A DNA stretch of 64,000 bases from positions 137,020,001 through 137,084,000 of the forward strand of contig OX597817.1 of assembly GCA_951406725.2 (NCBI GenBank), given 5' to 3'. Both the position numbers and the translations under genes were made by a program. Origin of the DNA: Octopus vulgaris. Taxonomy: Eukaryota. Under the pieces are notes generated by a model. The model had not been told where the DNA came from. It did no database searches and was given only the letters and a program-made list of their open reading frames with translations. How positions within the stretch are numbered: the stretch's first letter is position 1; each line of letters starts with the position of its first letter. Below, in pieces: positions 38,517 to 51,407 of this stretch.

Positions 38517-39560
38517 GTTGGGAAGTTTGAACCTGGGGAGAGAAACATAAGGGGAGAATGTTTGGTTACTATGGATGAAGCATATATATATATATATATA
38601 CAACCTTTATACAAATAGTTTTGTGAACATCAAAGCAGAAGAGAAACAATTTTTTTTATGGGCAAAGCCATGATATATCTGCCTGATAACCCCTACTATA
38701 AAAATGAAAGCAAAGAATACTCTAAATAACAGCAACAAATAAAGAAATGACCATCTACCTTTTGTGATTTAATCCTTTTGCTTTGACACTGTAAAGGTCA
38801 AAGATACAAAATCCAGTATTTAGTATTTGGGTGTGTCAACTTTATATTGAGAACAGCAAATTCAGGAAGCAACCGGGAATTAGATTGACCTGGATAGTTG
38901 CAAACGCCCAGTACATAGAAATGAAATTGATGACATCCTGGTTGACACACGGCACATACTGCAGGACGACTCGGTGATAGTGCCATTGAACACAAGGAGC
39001 GGTCATCACTTGTTATGGATGAAGATCGCGATCAACAAACTCAAAGAAGAAACGGCTTTGCACATCTTAATGAAGAATCAACTCGCCAAAGCCTTTCATG
39101 TGACGCAGTTGCACGATACTACCAAGAAGAAAGTCTGGAATGAAGTTGAAGAGCTTGATGTGGACTATAATTCACTGGTCCATAAAATGAAAAGCTGCAT
39201 GAGGAAGGTGAAAAGTGCATACCTGTGAGAGCCTAGGAGAAGAAACATGGAGAAGCAGAAAGCATGAAATATGAAGAACAATATGAAATGACACTTCTAG
39301 TATTCCGTTCTTAGCAAAGCGATCAGACAACATTTAGGAAATGATTTTCAGACTTATCAACTGAAGAAGCAGCAGCGGAAAAGTGGAAAGGAAAAGATTT
39401 TAAAAAGTGCAGGAGAGAGATGGAACTCTATAGGCCAGAGGGGACGGCACCTAAAAACTTGGGTAGGCTCACGGTGACAAACAAAAGAGAAATAGAAGAG
39501 GCACGGAAAACCTTCAACACTGCCCTTTTTAAATCATCAGTGAAGTTCGATCCTCCATAG
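38290..39560 (+). mobile_element. RTE-like LINE APE-endonuclease relic interrupted by (AG)n and (TA)n
   Basis: NEIDDILVDTRHIL...NTRSGHHLL resembles the NEIDYIL...TGSDHRLL motif; VIDFDAK resembles GDFNAK. Confidence 0.5.
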
Positions 39561-39998
39561 CTACAAATGCTGCAAGTGAAATTCAAAACGTTCTCATGGT
39601 GGACCGTTCATGTACTTTTCAGTATCCATTATTACTGAGCCATAATCTCTTTTAATGAGTTTATTAATTATTGGAACATGAGACCAGCTAGTTTCCTCGT
39701 TGGAATTATTATAAGATGAATAAGGGACTGCGTTGATAATTGCCTCAATATTTAAGTCAATCAACCTCTCAGAAATACCGCTAATGGCGCTGGTATTTAT
39801 TTTCACTTGCTGGCCATTCACGTGGTGAGTGGAGGATGGAATACCAGGCTGATGGAAATTAGGGTACTTCAAAGCATCAGTTATGCGCATGCGCGTGGAT
39901 TCAAAATTCTATAAATGATGTAAAAAATAAAAATAAAACTCTACCATCACTATCACTATAAGCAGCAACAACTCTTCAACGACCACAACAGCAGCTGT

Positions 39999-40033
<35 letters not shown>

Positions 40034-40329
40034 CGGCGGCGGCGGCGGCAAGACTAATACTGTTTTTTTTCATTTGATCGTATGGAAACCGCAAATCTAA
40101 GGAAGAAAGAATATAATATAGAGAAACGTGTTAGGCTCATTCGTAAATCTTCATATTTAAGAAATCTCGCGGTTTGTATTTTAAAGGGATGAATTAAGAA
40201 AACTATCCAAACGAAATTTAAAATAATGCATACATGCATATATATGAATTTATATTTGATGGCCGTCCACTGGTAACAGAGGAAGACCATTGCCGACCTT
40301 CAGGAATATTGTGCGCTCTAGGACTAACT

Positions 40330-40650
40330 TATATTTTGCATTTGCGGCTCCGTTAGTGGTTAATCATACACGACTGCAAACATTGCACACCAAGCTTTCC
40401 CCATTCACTACACCAGCAGTGTGCTTTCGAGCAGCACGCTTAAGTCCTTCATGCAGAATACATGCTCTTCCAATGGTGTCGACTCCACTCCTTAACCTGC
40501 TTCCTCCATCTGTGGCGATGACAGGTATTCTCTCAGTCTCCTGCATATCACAGGCCTTTAATGAGGACTTGACACAGTTCTTAAATCGCAGCCTTGGTTT
40601 TTGCCGGGGTCTTTTTCTATTCACAAGTTCCTCATATAGCAACTGTTGAC
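40330..40650 (-). mobile_element. RTE-clade LINE ORF C-terminal fragment
   Basis: LLYEELVNRKRPRQKPRLRFKNCVKSSLKAC...KRAARK...VCNVCSR. Confidence 0.8.
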
Positions 40651-40710
40651 TTTACCTCAGTGAAGAAAGCCCCAGACTAATCTGAAGATTTCCGTACAGG
40701 TATAAAACGC

Positions 40711-40739
40711 GCTATCTATCTGTCTGTCTGTTTGTCTAC

Positions 40740-40822
<83 letters not shown>

Positions 40823-40853
40823 GATCGCTCGCTCAATAGATAGATGGATAGAG

Positions 40854-40944
<91 letters not shown>
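40711..40944. repeat. Opposed (CTAT)n and (ATAG)n arrays forming a foldback
   Basis: (CTAT)n to about 40821, a short spacer, then (ATAG)n. Confidence 0.92.
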
Positions 40945-42260
40945 TGTTTCTTTATTAGCCACTCAGGGCGCACACAGACGGGACAGATTACAAAGTAGAG
41001 CTTTTCTTTTTTTTGATAAAAAAAGGGGGGTAGGTTTTCGATCAAAAGGGATCGTAAAAGGGAAAGAAGAAGAAAAAGGAAAAGAAAGAAAAGAAAAGAA
41101 AAAAGAAAATAGGAGAAAAAAGGAAAAAAATGGGGAAAAAGAAAAAAAAACGATCAATAGGGATCGTGTATCACAGTGTCATGATGTACGGTGTAAAGGG
41201 GGAAGTAGATAAGGTTTATCCGTGGGAAGAGAAGCCTACGGAAAAGACCACGGTAACTCGGTCAATATTGTTACATGTTACCACATTTGTTTACAAATGG
41301 GTAACCCTCTGTTTTCAATTTCTGGGTTCATAGGATTATGCTCAAGGTGACTTCGTCATTCATACGTGCCATCCTTGCTACACTCACCCATCTTTTTTTA
41401 AACATTCGCTAGACAAAACTTGCCTCTCTACTTTCCTTTTCAAGTGATACTTGAAGAAGTTGATGAGAGATTGACCAGAGAGAAAAGTGTTTGTCTCCAA
41501 TCCTTTCAGACGCGTCCACCAGATATATTCTTTCGCCATAGTCACAAGGATGATGAAAATAGCTCTTCCTTCCCGTTTGAAGGAAGGAGGCGTGACAATA
41601 TTGACGATAGACTCAGCTGATAAACCGACTCGTCCCACACGTGACATCAGTTGTTCGACATAAGCCCACAGGTCGGAAATTGTTGGACACTGCACGAGGG
41701 TGTGCAGAACTGTTTCGTCGCTCTGACCACATCTCGAGCAGGTCGGTCCCGTGTTTCTCGAGCCGTGTCTGTAGAGCTTATCCCGAACGGGTAGCGCTTC
41801 TCGGTAGCACTGCAGGCCAGGGATCTCTGGAAGTTGTCCATGGGCCCTGGCCCGAAAGTCGTCCCGAACAGGCGGGTTAGGTATTCCTCGTCGACGTCCT
41901 GGTTCGCCCCGAGCTCGTCGTCGTACCTCCCCTCCACTAATTCTCTATAGATTGCTTGGGTTGTGTTGGAATCACTCAAGGGTGACACGGGACGGCAGAG
42001 TTGCTTGAGAGCAACGCAACACTCGCGGTGCCATTCGCCCTTCCTCGGCCTCTTTTTGATCCACGACTGCAGTTCGGTCATGGAGACGAGTTGCGGGAAA
42101 GCGTGCCTCACAAACGGCGACCACACCTGTTCACCGTCGTCTACGTAGGGCTTGAGGTGTCGCAGTCTCAGCGCGTGTCTGCGCATCATCAACCACGGCA
42201 TGCCCAGTCCTCCTTTTAACGGGTGTTGACAGCAAATGGATCGCCTGACCATCGGGACGC
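40945..42260 (-). mobile_element. Tx1/L1-group LINE 3' part (zf-RVT region and 3' UTR), 5'-truncated
   Basis: HPLKGGLGMP...; CSRCGQSDETVLHTLVQC zinc finger; AKEYIWWTR; AATAAA just before the TCTA array; GATA arrays at both ends. Confidence 0.88.
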
Positions 42261-42674
42261 AGATGGATGGATAGATAGATGGATGGATAGATAGATAGAT
42301 GGATAGATAGATAGGTAGATAAATAGATAGATAGATGGATAGACAGATGGACAGACAGATGGATAGATAGATAGATATTTAAATAATAAGGGTGAAAATT
42401 TGAATAATAATTTGATTAATATTAATTTAAAACCAGTGGTCAAGCATATTGAAAAAATTTGATTTTTCTGAATCTTCAGATTTTTTTTCAGTATCTAGAG
42501 AGATAGATATAGATAAATAAATAGATATTCAAAGTTAAATGTAGCTGTCTACTTGTGTATGTGTGTGTGCGTGTTTGTGTATGTGTGTGTATGTGTGTGC
42601 ATGTGTTTGTGTGTGTGTATATGTGTGCGTGTGTGTGTGTATGTGTGTGTGCGTGTGGGTGTGCATGCGTGTGC

Positions 42675-42734
<60 letters not shown>

Positions 42735-42759
42735 CTTTATCCATGTAATTGCTACTTAC

Positions 42760-42840
42760 ATCGCTGTTCGACCTTATTTATCGTCTGAGGATATTTTAGT
42801 GGCGAGGAAAGACGCGGATTCAAAAGATTATGGTAGAGTT
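42760..42840 (-). CDS. Candidate 81-bp symmetric (phase 1) internal exon, LYHNLLNPRLSSPLKYPQTINKVEQR
   Basis: Acceptor ttttcttatattatag|, donor |GTAAGT, length divisible by 3, only one open frame; no homology evidence. Confidence 0.3.
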
Positions 42841-43289
42841 CTATAATATAAGAAAACGTGGAACGGGATTCCGAAGCGAACTTAATAAGACTGGTGGGTA
42901 GAATGGTATTGAATGGTATGGAGAATAGCATAATGACAATGTTCTGCAGTTTTTTCAATATTCCAAGAGTAGATTTTGTGATATATCTGGAAATACGAGC
43001 GACTCCTTCTTCCGACTACGATTTCTCAACGACCATAACTTAGGTCACTCAATTATTGCCTTAATGATCTTTATTGAAATATCGATTTACGGTCCTCATT
43101 TCACTCATTCGTTTTGAACCTCTTCAGCATCTCTACTCCCCGCCTTCATAATGCAATCTTTTTTTCCCTCTCATTCTTTTCATACTCTATCATCTTATCT
43201 TTTTTTTTTTACTTCTTCGTAACTTTTGCCATAACTATCACTACCATCACCATCATCGACGTAATCCTCATCGTCGCCAACGCCGTCAT

Positions 43290-43448
43290 CACTGTGGTTG
43301 CTGTGATCATTGTTATCATCATCATCATCATCATCATTATCAACATCGTCATCGTCATCATCATCATCATCATTATCATCATCGTCATCATCATCTCATC
43401 GTCATCACCATCGTCATCTCATCATCATCATCATCGTCATCCTCATCG

Positions 43449-43480
<32 letters not shown>

Positions 43481-43481
43481 G

Positions 43482-43513
<32 letters not shown>

Positions 43514-43617
43514 GTCATCATCATCGTCATCATCATCGTCATCATCATCATCATCATCATCATCCTCATCGTCATCATCATCATCATCATCATCTCATCG
43601 TCATCATCATCGTCATC

Positions 43618-43652
<35 letters not shown>
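43290..43652. repeat. (CAT/CGT)n microsatellite
   Basis: Directly visible; explains the His/Ile/Ser-rich ORFs. Confidence 0.97.
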
Positions 43653-43761
43653 TTCCCTGTTATTATCATCTTCATTTTCCATTTGCTCCTTATCTGCATT
43701 ATTTCGTCTCCATTATTTTTGGTTCGTTGCCATTTTCTTCCATTCTCTCCCCATATTCCCA

Positions 43762-43815
<54 letters not shown>

Positions 43816-44418
43816 GCTTCTTTCCCTCTCTCGGTTCATATTTCTCCCTTAAACCATATCTGTATCTCTTTCTTTCCCCCTCATACAACTCTTCTCTCTC
43901 TCTCTCTCTTACATCTCTTTTTATCCCATTGCTTCTCTTTTACTTCATCATTCCTTTTTCCTCACCATTTCTATTATGCTCTCATCATTTTTTCTGTAAT
44001 ATCTCCCCCTTTTCTCACTCCACCTCTTAGCCATTCTCCCTCTTCTTACCCCTCTCCATACATCTGTATCTCTAACTCTTATTCCCCCCTCTTCACTAAC
44101 ATGCATCTATCTCAATCCAAATATATTTTTCCTCTTCAGTCACACCCCCACCTTTCCATCGCCCTCTTTATCTTTTGGGGTTTCTTTAATTCCTGTAGGG
44201 CATCCTATACACAATATCAACAGTAGTTCGCGATTCTAAGATCCTCCACGCCCCTCCCCCATTGCTGCCGTTTTTTGCCCATTCTTTAATGGCAAATCAA
44301 TGTGAAATCAAATACTTAACAAAGAAAACGTTTCCTTTTGTTTGAATACTACTACTACGAGATAGCGTGCGCGCACACGCACACACATTCATATGTCTGT
44401 ATAAGTATGTTTATATGC

Positions 44419-44464
<46 letters not shown>

Positions 44465-44465
44465 T

Positions 44466-44499
<34 letters not shown>

Positions 44500-44506
44500 G
44501 AGAGAG

Positions 44507-44583
<77 letters not shown>

Positions 44584-45039
44584 TACACATATACATATAT
44601 ATATATAAAATTTTAAAATAGGATAAAATCGTTATAAGAATTTATTAAGTAGTCAGCTTGAAAAACCTCATAAGGGGAAAATTTATAAATATTCCCTTTA
44701 AATATATTTATTTATATTAAGGGCATTACTACACGTAATACATTTGGTGTTCGTCTGGTATGTTGATTTTTTTGTTCATTTTTATGTCTTGATTATGCCT
44801 GCACTGACGATTAGAAAGTGCATTTTGTGCACTAACTATGAAATCATGTTTTACGTCTGAATCTGTTTTTAAGAGTTCGCTTCAAGAGTTGCATTCCCTC
44901 ACGTTCGGCAGACTTTTCACTTTAAGAGTCCCTCATACCGTGAGGTATTTACGTGTACTAATGCTCTTAATATACATATATATATATATGTGTATATATG
45001 CACACACACACATATATATGCATATATACATATATACTT

Positions 45040-45072
<33 letters not shown>

Positions 45073-45107
45073 CTTATACATATGTATTCATAAATACAAA
45101 CATATAT

Positions 45108-45256
45108 AGGGGAGAATTCACGAAAAAAGCAAAAGACGAAGACAGGTGGTGCAGAATAAACAGATGTATTAGTATAACGCTCGGGAATTGAAAAAGTCTT
45201 TAACGTTTCGAGCCTAAGCTCTTCCACAGAAAGAAACACAGAAAGAAATAAGGAGA

Positions 45257-45259
<3 letters not shown>
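45108..45259 (-). mobile_element. Penelope-like short element with hammerhead-like motif
   Basis: Homolog of 10257-10452; minus strand CTGTGGAAGAGCTTAGGCTCGAAACGTTA; within TA arrays. Confidence 0.6.
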
Positions 45260-45295
<36 letters not shown>

Positions 45296-45364
45296 TATAT
45301 ATACATATATACATATATATATATGCCTATATATACTTATATACATATATATATACATATATAC

Positions 45365-45409
<45 letters not shown>

Positions 45410-45579
45410 TATACATATACACATATACTTATAAATATATCACCGTGATCACGTGACTGACCAGGCTACCAGATGTTGCTACACATCGCTGGTCACAATG
45501 CGCTTCGCATTATTTTAGCCTTCAAATGACGCCACTCCGCTGGCTAAGCGGACAGGACAACTTATATATATTTATGTAT

Positions 45580-46562
45580 AAACGGAAGACGCGGAAATTA
45601 GAAAAAGAATATTATCAAAGTTGAATCAAGATGTGAAACTCACTTTGCAGAATGTGGCCGAGGAATGCCAACAAATAATAAACCTTCGAGATGATACAAG
45701 AAAGACAGAAGACAAGAATAATAATGTACAAATGTGTAAAGAAAGTACAGAAAGAAGGAAAAATTTAAATTCAAAACGGTGCTATGGTTGCGGAGATCGA
45801 CATTTGAGGAAAGATTGCCCCTTCAAACATAAAATCTGTTTTAAGTGCGATAAAATTGGACATATACAGACGAAATGCCGGTCAAAGAAAATGGTAAAAC
45901 AGAAGAAAGTCTACTCAATAAAAGTAAATTATACCAGACAAAACCGAAAATTTGTGTTGGTAGAAATAAATGGGTTTCAGACCAAAATGCAATTAGATAC
46001 CGGTTCAGACGTCTCGATAATAAATACGGCAACATGGAGTAAGATAGACAGGCCGTTGTATAAAAAAAAAACTACTAGGATAGCCTACAGTGTGTCAGGG
46101 GAACGAGTTCAATTTTGGGGCGAAATTTCACCAGAAATAAACTTAAAAACAGGACGCGGAAATGTAAACTAATGGTATCTAAGAATACAATGAATCTGTT
46201 TGAGACAGATTTAATGGAAGGATTCGACCTGTGGGATCTACTAATGAATACGCTATGTAATAAGGTGAATGAGTCACAGTCCGTGTCAAAGAAAGCATCG
46301 GAAAAAACGAAATTAAAATTGAAAAAGATGTACCCTGATATTTTTTTCGAAAGAGCTCGGTATGTGTAAAAATTTAAAGTAAAGTTTGAGTTGAAAGAAA
46401 ATGCGGTACCGGTGTTCAAACCGAAAAGGAATGTACCTTTTGTGGCGTTAAATTAAGTTGAGAAGTAATTAAAAAGATTGGAAGACATAGAGGTAATTGA
46501 AAAAGTAGACTACTCTGAGTGGGCGGCTCCTACGGTATATATAAAAAAGAAGAACAACGAGG
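45580..46562 (+). mobile_element. Ty3/Gypsy (Mag-like) gag-protease-RT start relic
   Basis: Tandem knuckles CYGCGDRHLRKDC and CFKCDKIGHIQTKC; protease LDTGSDVSII; PVFKPKRNVPF; SEWAAPTV; contains frameshifts and stops. Confidence 0.92.
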
Positions 46563-46788
46563 TAAGAGGGAGAGTATGCAGAAAAGTTCCTGACTTTCGG
46601 AAACAGAAAATACAGGTGGATCAGTTAATTATGATTTTATTCAACATATTCCCCTCTCGGATTCACACACTTATTGCAGTGGTCATTCAGTTTTTTCTAA
46701 GCCCTGTACAAGAATTCGTAAGGTTGAACCTTCAGCCAGATCTTTCACGATACCCTTAATACCAGGAACCTTTCAACATCCCTTCGTA
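46563..46788 (+). mobile_element. Mariner-type MITE
   Basis: Imperfect TIRs taagaggg...atgcagaaaagttcctg / caggaacctttcaacatcccttcgta with TA ends; second copy at 4863. Confidence 0.75.
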
Positions 46789-46854
46789 TACACACACTCA
46801 CACACACATGTTTTTATATACTCACACACACACACGTGCACAAACAACTGTATA

Positions 46855-49090
46855 GTCTATTCCAATCCCGCTTCCTTTTCGAATCCTAGCTTTCTATATA
46901 GTTACCAGTGGATTACTCTCCCTAGCTAATTCGACACAGTCTTCCACTGATATTAACTCCTTCCGCCTTCCTTTCTAGGTAGATACAATCTTTCTACTCC
47001 TGCCCTTGGGTGGAGTCCTCCATTCATATTGAATTACTTCCTAGTTCTGTCTAGCTTTGCTAATTCAGTTTTTGTCTAATCTACAATAGCTACTGGGTGT
47101 CTAAGTTATGATACTGCCCAAGTATTTACAGCCTTCACTAGACTCGGACCATTTAGCTTTGACTTCATTTGCTTCCTTACCCTTCTGATATAATCCTTCT
47201 CAATTTTCGTTTTCATTTCTGTAGTTAGTTCTCTGTCAGATTCTAATACTCCAAAATACTTATAACTTTCTCCTCCTTTCAATGATTTTAATGCCTGGCC
47301 ATCTAGTAATTGGCTACCTGTCCCCATCACATAACTAATATTGCACCCTTATCTATGCCAAATTCCATACCTACATCTTTGCTGAAGAGTCTTACAATCT
47401 GTATTAAGGAATCTATCTCTTCATTCTTACTAAAAAGCTTCAGATCATCCGGGTAGAGCAAGTGGTTAATTCTTACATTACTATTTCTAAACTGATAGCC
47501 TGCCTTTGCCTTCCTTAATACTAAACTGAGGGGATCAAACATAAAACAAATATTAAAGGGGACAAGTCCCTCTGGAAAATTCCTCTTTTGATATTAACTT
47601 TCTCTAAGAGTGTGTCACCTGAGTATAGATCTACTTTCCATTCCTTCATGCTAAAGCTAATTAATTCTCTTATGTTGTTTGCTGTAATGAATATAGTCAG
47701 ACATTCACTTATCCATGAGTGTGGGATCATGCCATAGGGATTCCTATAATCTACCCGTGCTATTGTTAGATCTTTCTTACTAGCTTTTACTTCATTTAGA
47801 ACTGCTTTGTCTATGTATAATAGATTATGCTTTCCTCTAGCCTTCTTCCTGTAACCTTTCTGTTCTTCTGGTAGTAAATTCTGGTTGTCAAGGTGCTCTT
47901 AAATGCTTTCTGGAAGCATTCCTGTTAACAGCTTCCACACTAATGGTAAGCAAGTCATTGGTCTATAGTTGCTAGCCGTATTACTCTTGTTCTTATCTTT
48001 CATGATGAGTATTGTCCTCCCTCTAGTAATCCAATCTGGTATTATTCCTCCATTAAGGCAATTGTTACCCCAGCCTCCCACGTAAACTACTGAATTTCTT
48101 TAGCCAGTACCCTTGAACTAAATCTGGTCCTGGACCCTTCCAATTCGGCATGTTTCCTAACACTTTATCATTAATGCTCTAGTTAATCTTAGATTTGGCT
48201 GCTTCTCACTCACTACTTCTTCCCTCACTTTCTTTAACCATACTACATCTCCATTATGATTGACTAGCTTATCCCAAATATTACTCCAGAACTTTCTAGC
48301 TTCGTCAACATTAGGTTTCTTATTTTCAGTACTTCGTTCTTCACTATTTATTTGGTTATAAAATCTCCTCTGGTCTATCTCAATTTATTCTGTTGATACT
48401 GATCTATTTTTTTCTGATATCTGAAGAGCTTGCCTGCTACTGCTATGATATGTTATTTTAACTCTTCTGATATTGTCCCAAATCCTTTCTTTTTGACTAA
48501 ATATCTTTTCTCGAGGCAAGATTTGTATCTTGTGTTTCCTAACTTGTTCAATTCCCAGGTTTCTATTCTATTCAAATCTTGTCTTAAAGTCTTCATTTTA
48601 TTTTGTAGTCTATTTTCCACATTTGCTCTTTTCTAATCTTTCCCTGTGAGATATCTAATCTTCTGGTGACTACTACCTTCCTGCATAGATCAATAAGTTA
48701 GTGTCTTCTATATATTTAGTATCTATCTTCCTGATAATAGAATCTACTTTCCTACTTTCTTTTAGTTTCCTTCTGTTGGTGCCTTTTAATGCTGGCTACC
48801 TTTTTCTTACTTCTTTACTCATTACTTCTTGCAACTCATCTGAAATCTTCTGAACTTCTTCACTTAAATCTCTTAAGTCGTTGGTGCCAGTTGTCCCTTC
48901 CTTATTGGTGGCACTATTGTTATTTTTCTTTAAGTTCTTCTTTGATTTTAATTGTATCTCTTATGTCGTTTGTCTTTCCCACTGCCTGGTCTTTCTTTTC
49001 CACCTCTCTCGTGATCCCTTCAGCCTCAATTCTGTCGTCCACCTTCTTCTAATAGCATTAGTTTGATCAACTAATCGCTGCTCAGTCACT
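46855..49090 (-). mobile_element. R4/Dong-like LINE, N-terminus and RT, 3' end lost, pseudogenised
   Basis: EQRLVDQ; [17 protein letters not shown]; NYRPMTCLPLVWKLLTG; IPHSWI; GIFQRDLSPL; INHLLYPDDLKLF; YKYFGVLE; AVNTWAVS. Confidence 0.92.
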
Positions 49091-49129
49091 TTTAGTCTTC
49101 CGCTTATTTCTGGATTAGGCAGTGAAATA

Positions 49130-50044
49130 AAATCCCAGATTTTGTGAAGTAAGCTTACCTTATTTCCTTACTTTACAATGAAACAAAGCCTGAGCGCCCC
49201 ATATAGTGTGCAAAATTTGTGTTGAAACACCGAAATAGTGACTGCTTGAAATGCTTAAACAGAAAGTTTCCAGTTTTGTCTTGTGAGAAAATTAAGGTTG
49301 GTGTGTTCGATTGGTCACATAATTGGTGGCTACTTCAGGACGAGCTATTTTTGGAGACCATGTCTGGTATTGAAATAGAATCACGGGATGCTTTTGCTGC
49401 AGCTGTATCTGATTTCCTGGGAAACAGGAAGTCATCAAATTATGAAGATCTTGTGCAGATTCTTTTAAGCAGTCTTCGGGCACTGGGGTACAACATGAGT
49501 GTAAATGTGCATTTCCAGCACAATCATTTGGACTACTTCCTTAAAAAGACTTAAAGTGATGAGTGAAAGATCCTTAAAGTGATGAGGAGAAAGATTCAAC
49601 CAAGACATTGAGAACATGGAGACTAGTTATCAAGGTCAGTGGAACCCCAACATGATGCTGCCTACTGCAGGTCATCGTAAAGAGACTCATGATGCAATTT
49701 ATTCACATAAAGCAGCAAAGAGAATGTTCATTCCTTGAGTACCTGAAATTCCAGTTTGGTAGAAATATCTATTCTAAGATGTGTAATTAAACATTTTGTG
49801 TAATATATCCATTAAACAATACAAAGTACTATTTGGTTTGTGTTAGTTTCTTATTTCAGTATTGTATTTAATGATAAAATTGACATTTTTGGCAAAGAAA
49901 AAAAAAATTAATTTCTGTTTAATTAAAAATTTGACGTGATCGAAAGTTTCTGAGGGCATTTCTGAACCCAGCACCATCAAATTAGGTAGGATTAATTGGA
50001 AAAAGCAAGACAACTAAAATCTTTTTGAAAAATGTTACCCAGTG
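49130..50044 (+). mobile_element. Chapaev3-like (CMC) DNA transposon 3' remnant
   Basis: EKIKVGVF...FLGNRKSSNY...NMSVNVHFQHNHLDYF...ERFNQDIENMETSYQGQW; terminal tgttacccagtg followed by TTA. Confidence 0.8.
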
Positions 50045-50068
50045 TTATTATTATTGTCATTATTATTA

Positions 50069-50126
<58 letters not shown>

Positions 50127-50127
<1 letters not shown>

Positions 50128-50326
50128 GGTGGTGAGCTGGTAGAATAATTAGCAGCCGTTAGCGGCATTTCGTCCATTATTACGTTTTGAGTTCATATTC
50201 CGTCGAGGTCGACTTTGCCTTTCCTCCTTTCAGAATCGATTAAAAAGTACCATTCGAGCACTGGGGTCGATATAATAGACTTACATTTCCCCTGAAATTG
50301 CTGGCCTTGTACCAGAATTTGAAATC
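50127..50326 (+). mobile_element. SINE family C copy following (TTA)n
   Basis: aggtggtgagctggtagaataattagca...gagttcatattccgtcgaggtcgactttgcc. Confidence 0.85.
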
Positions 50327-50659
50327 ATTATCATTATTATTATTACTACGATGACTTGTAACGGTGTCGTAAGAAAATATATTACTCATCAATTCTTAAC
50401 AAATTCAAATACCTTTAAAAGTGATAGCTCGCGAAGAGACTCACCGTCTCTTGATAAATTTTCAAATAATTTTCGACTGTTTATTTACATTAAAATAACT
50501 GGCGGTTACTGTAAATGTTTAAAGCTAGATACAACGGTGCATTTTTCTACGGGTTTCGGTTCATATAGCCTTTAGCACCATATTCTCTGAGATATACTCA
50601 GAAAAAAGTCAGAAAACAGCACAGCTCTCATGACTTTCGGAAACATTTTTTCACGCTAA

Positions 50660-50884
50660 GAGTTGCCGGCATCAGTTGTTAGTTGCTGGAGCACTGCATC
50701 CTTCAAAACTTCCATGCTTCCTGAGATTCGCCAACACTACAGCTGATTTTCTCCCCTCCATACATACGCAAGCATTTATCTGACTCATACACTGTTCACT
50801 TCCCAGACATTTGTACATTACTGCATATGCTTTATACGCACTTTTGACAAGTTGTGGTGCACCTGAGCACTGTATACAATAATT

Positions 50885-50950
<66 letters not shown>
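50660..50950 (+). mobile_element. Extreme 3' end of a CR1/L2-like LINE with (ATT)n tail
   Basis: LPASVVSCWSTASFKTSM...* then a UTR ending caataatttc(att)n. Confidence 0.65.
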
Positions 50951-50952
<2 letters not shown>

Positions 50953-51369
50953 GTACCGACAATAGTTTAACTTTGTATGCGGCAACTCATTCTCTGAAAT
51001 AAACAGGAATTAAGCGCCGAGAATCGTTGAAATTCAATTTTAACAATCAGTGAACAAGTTGCACTTCGAAATCTCTGTGTTCTTCCTTTCGAAATCAAAC
51101 CGAAAAAACATGAATATCTGCCTGCAGTACATAACATTAAAACGATGAAGTTGGTTTTCTAGTATAGGGAAATTGTAATAAAACTAACTTATAATAAAAG
51201 GGTCGCTGTTAAGTAAGCCGTTGTGTAACTGTTAGGTACTCTTCATACAACACTAATAATTGCACAGAATTATTGACTGGAAACTAAGTTAATGTGAAAG
51301 ATGACATTTTAGGTACTGACCCACATTGCTTCTTCTTCGGCTGCTACCACCAACACCACCACCACCACC

Positions 51370-51407
<38 letters not shown>

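Noticed and set aside
40061-40096. RFPYDQMKK resembling my recollection of a bivalve egg-laying-hormone segment
   Set aside because: Too short, from memory only, and no flanking ELH features or dibasic sites.
43114-44226. 370-aa ORF, the longest in the window, with His/Ile/Ser runs
   Set aside because: Composed of (CAT)n, (CT)n and a pyrimidine-rich tract; no domain or codon signal.
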